Part shown: piece after piece, positions 63,001 to 64,000 of the stretch
How the letters are laid out: each line of letters opens with the position of its first letter
Position numbering within the stretch: position 1 is the stretch's first letter
Source: Macrostomum lignano
Taxonomy: Eukaryota
NCBI GenBank assembly: GCA_002269645.1
Contig: NIVC01000604.1
Location: forward strand, 248,001 to 312,000
Direction: 5' to 3'
Length of the DNA: 64,000 bases
Notes under the pieces: model-generated
Seen by the model: the letters and a program-made list of their open reading frames with translations, nothing else
What the model was told of the DNA's origin: nothing
Databases searched by the model: none
Position numbers and translations under genes: made by a program

Positions 63001-64000
63001 GTTGGGGAGTGAGGTGGGTGTTGGGGAATGAGGTGGGTGTTGCGGAGTGAGATGGGTGTTGGGGAATGAGGTGGGTGTTGGGGAGTGAGGCGGGTGTTGC
63101 GGAGTGAGGTGAGTGTTAGGGAGTGAGGTGGGTGTTGTAGAGTGAGGTGGGCGTAGCGGAGTGAGGTGAGTGTTGGGGAGTGAGGTGAGTGTTGAGGAGT
63201 GAGTTGGGTGTTGCGGGTGAGGTAGGTATTGCAGAGTGAGCACACAAGTAAGTAATCAACAAACCATCAAATCGACTTTTCCGCCTTCGCCTCCTGTGTC
63301 GGACACCGCCATCGTTTTGGGTGTCAGCTGTCTCTTCGGCCGTCGCTTCCTCAACCACCACCATAATGACCGGCACTGGGGCCGGAGACCCGGTCTCCGC
63401 ATCCGTCGTTTCCGCGCCTGCATCCACCTTTTTCGCCTCGCCCGCTTCTGCGGCAGTTCCGCCTCCTTCGACGGCTGTTTTTTTCTTGGCCTCCCGCCGA
63501 GGGCAGCAGCAGCAGAAGAGGCTGCGCAGCCGTTCTGTCGCCACAGCAAACCGGGAGGCGTCGTCCTGGCTGCCATCGGCCGCTGCGTCCTGCGCCAGCT
63601 TGTCATTGCTGAATGAGTTCAGCAGGAGCGCCAAAAATAGGTTGAGCACCTGGAGGGAAAGAGGATTGGTCTAGCCGTCTCATCTTGTGTAGAAACAGCT
63701 AACTAACTAACTTGCTAACTGACTGGCTCTGCTCACCATGAAATTGCCCAGAATGAGGGTGGGAATGAACACCACCATACAGAGCTGGCCGTTGGCCCTC
63801 ATGCAGTCCCACAGCGCCTCGATCCACTCGCCGCACAGAATCCTGAACACCATCAGCATGCTGTGCGCGAAGTCCTCAAAGTTCCAGCGAGGCACGTCTT
63901 CGTCCGAGCCGAACACTGCCGCGGTGTAGGAGTTGTCGAACAGCTGCATGCCGATCACGGCGAATATGAATATGATGATGAAGAGGATGAAGGTCAGGTG
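54044..64000 (-). CDS. Nav2: Voltage-gated Na+/Ca2+ channel alpha subunit of the Nav2 (DSC1/BSC1, DEEA) clade, from DII-S5 to the C-terminus; 5' part beyond the window
   Basis: Exons 64000-63737 (LCGEWIE), 63649-63265, 62220-61709, 61361-61188, 60771-60643 (DIII S4), 60065-59793, 57952-57761 (ATFEGW), 57628-57521 (EVFLTPSQ), 57445-57175, 55182-54044 (DIV S4 [25 protein letters not shown] motif LQRAWRRH). All phases are compatible. Confidence 0.95.
55265..55945. repeat. 20-bp intronic minisatellite (CTGACATCCCAATCTACCTA)n
   Basis: Three units per 60-nt line. Confidence 0.97.
56435..57165. repeat. 46-bp intronic minisatellite (CACGGACACATCATGAGGTCACGGGTCACTCAAATAATCACCAACT)n
   Basis: About 15 tandem copies abutting the donor at 57174. 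Confidence 0.95.
58060..59730. repeat. 19-bp intronic minisatellite (ATCCGCAACACCCACTTCA)n with a degenerate CACCCACCTCACTCCGCAAC left edge
   Basis: Period 19 measured between 58381 and 58400. Confidence 0.96.
60160..60600. repeat. Degenerate C-rich intronic minisatellite (CACCCACCTCACCCTTAT-like)
   Basis: Recurring CACCTCACCC core. Confidence 0.85.
61505..61675. repeat. 34-bp intronic repeat (GCAAGTTTAGTCAACCTCTTTCCCGCTCCCTACC), ~4-5 copies
   Basis: Visible directly in the sequence. Confidence 0.88.
62290..63240. repeat. 19-bp G-rich intronic minisatellite (GAGTGAGGTGGGTGTTGGG)n, interrupted by a SINE
   Basis: Reverse complement of the 58.06-kb array family. Confidence 0.92.
62549..62915 (-). 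mobile_element. Full-length tRNA-derived SINE (~365 bp)
   Basis: A box TAGCCCAGCGG (62904-62894), B box GGCTCGATTCC (62861-62851), A-rich tail, 12-bp direct repeat GAGGTGGATGTT at 62537-62548 and 62916-62927. Confidence 0.88.

Overview
Eukaryotic (metazoan) genomic DNA. GC-rich exons, introns packed with minisatellites and TTAGGG-type repeats suggest a free-living flatworm of the Macrostomum type; this is an inference, and no database search was possible. Left to right: a young Ty3/Gypsy LTR retrotransposon (1-4603) with a G-GGA-AAC slippery site plus predicted pseudoknot, ending 54 nt before the SF3B4 start codon; SF3B4; PBDC1; an orphan 74-aa ORF; a CpG-free AT island; an Fe65/APBB adaptor gene (WW+PTB+PTB); an orphan 88-aa signal-peptide/TM protein; an orphan rhodopsin-like GPCR (minus); two head-to-head ZIP8/14-like (SLC39A) metal transporter paralogues with patchy sequence homogenisation; a ~4.5 kb satellite carrying an AP-1 site and a CCAAT motif in each unit; and the 3' part (domain II S5 to C-terminus) of a Nav2-type (x-E-E-A filter) voltage-gated channel that runs off the window end. 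Also present: a tRNA-derived SINE family, TIR-bounded MITE-like elements, a probable solo LTR, a TSD-flanked non-coding retro-insertion and interstitial telomere-like arrays. Most long ORFs in the supplied track are translations of tandem repeats. No CRISPR array, rRNA or intact tRNA gene was seen. Exon boundaries were inferred by eye from GT/AG sites and frame continuity.
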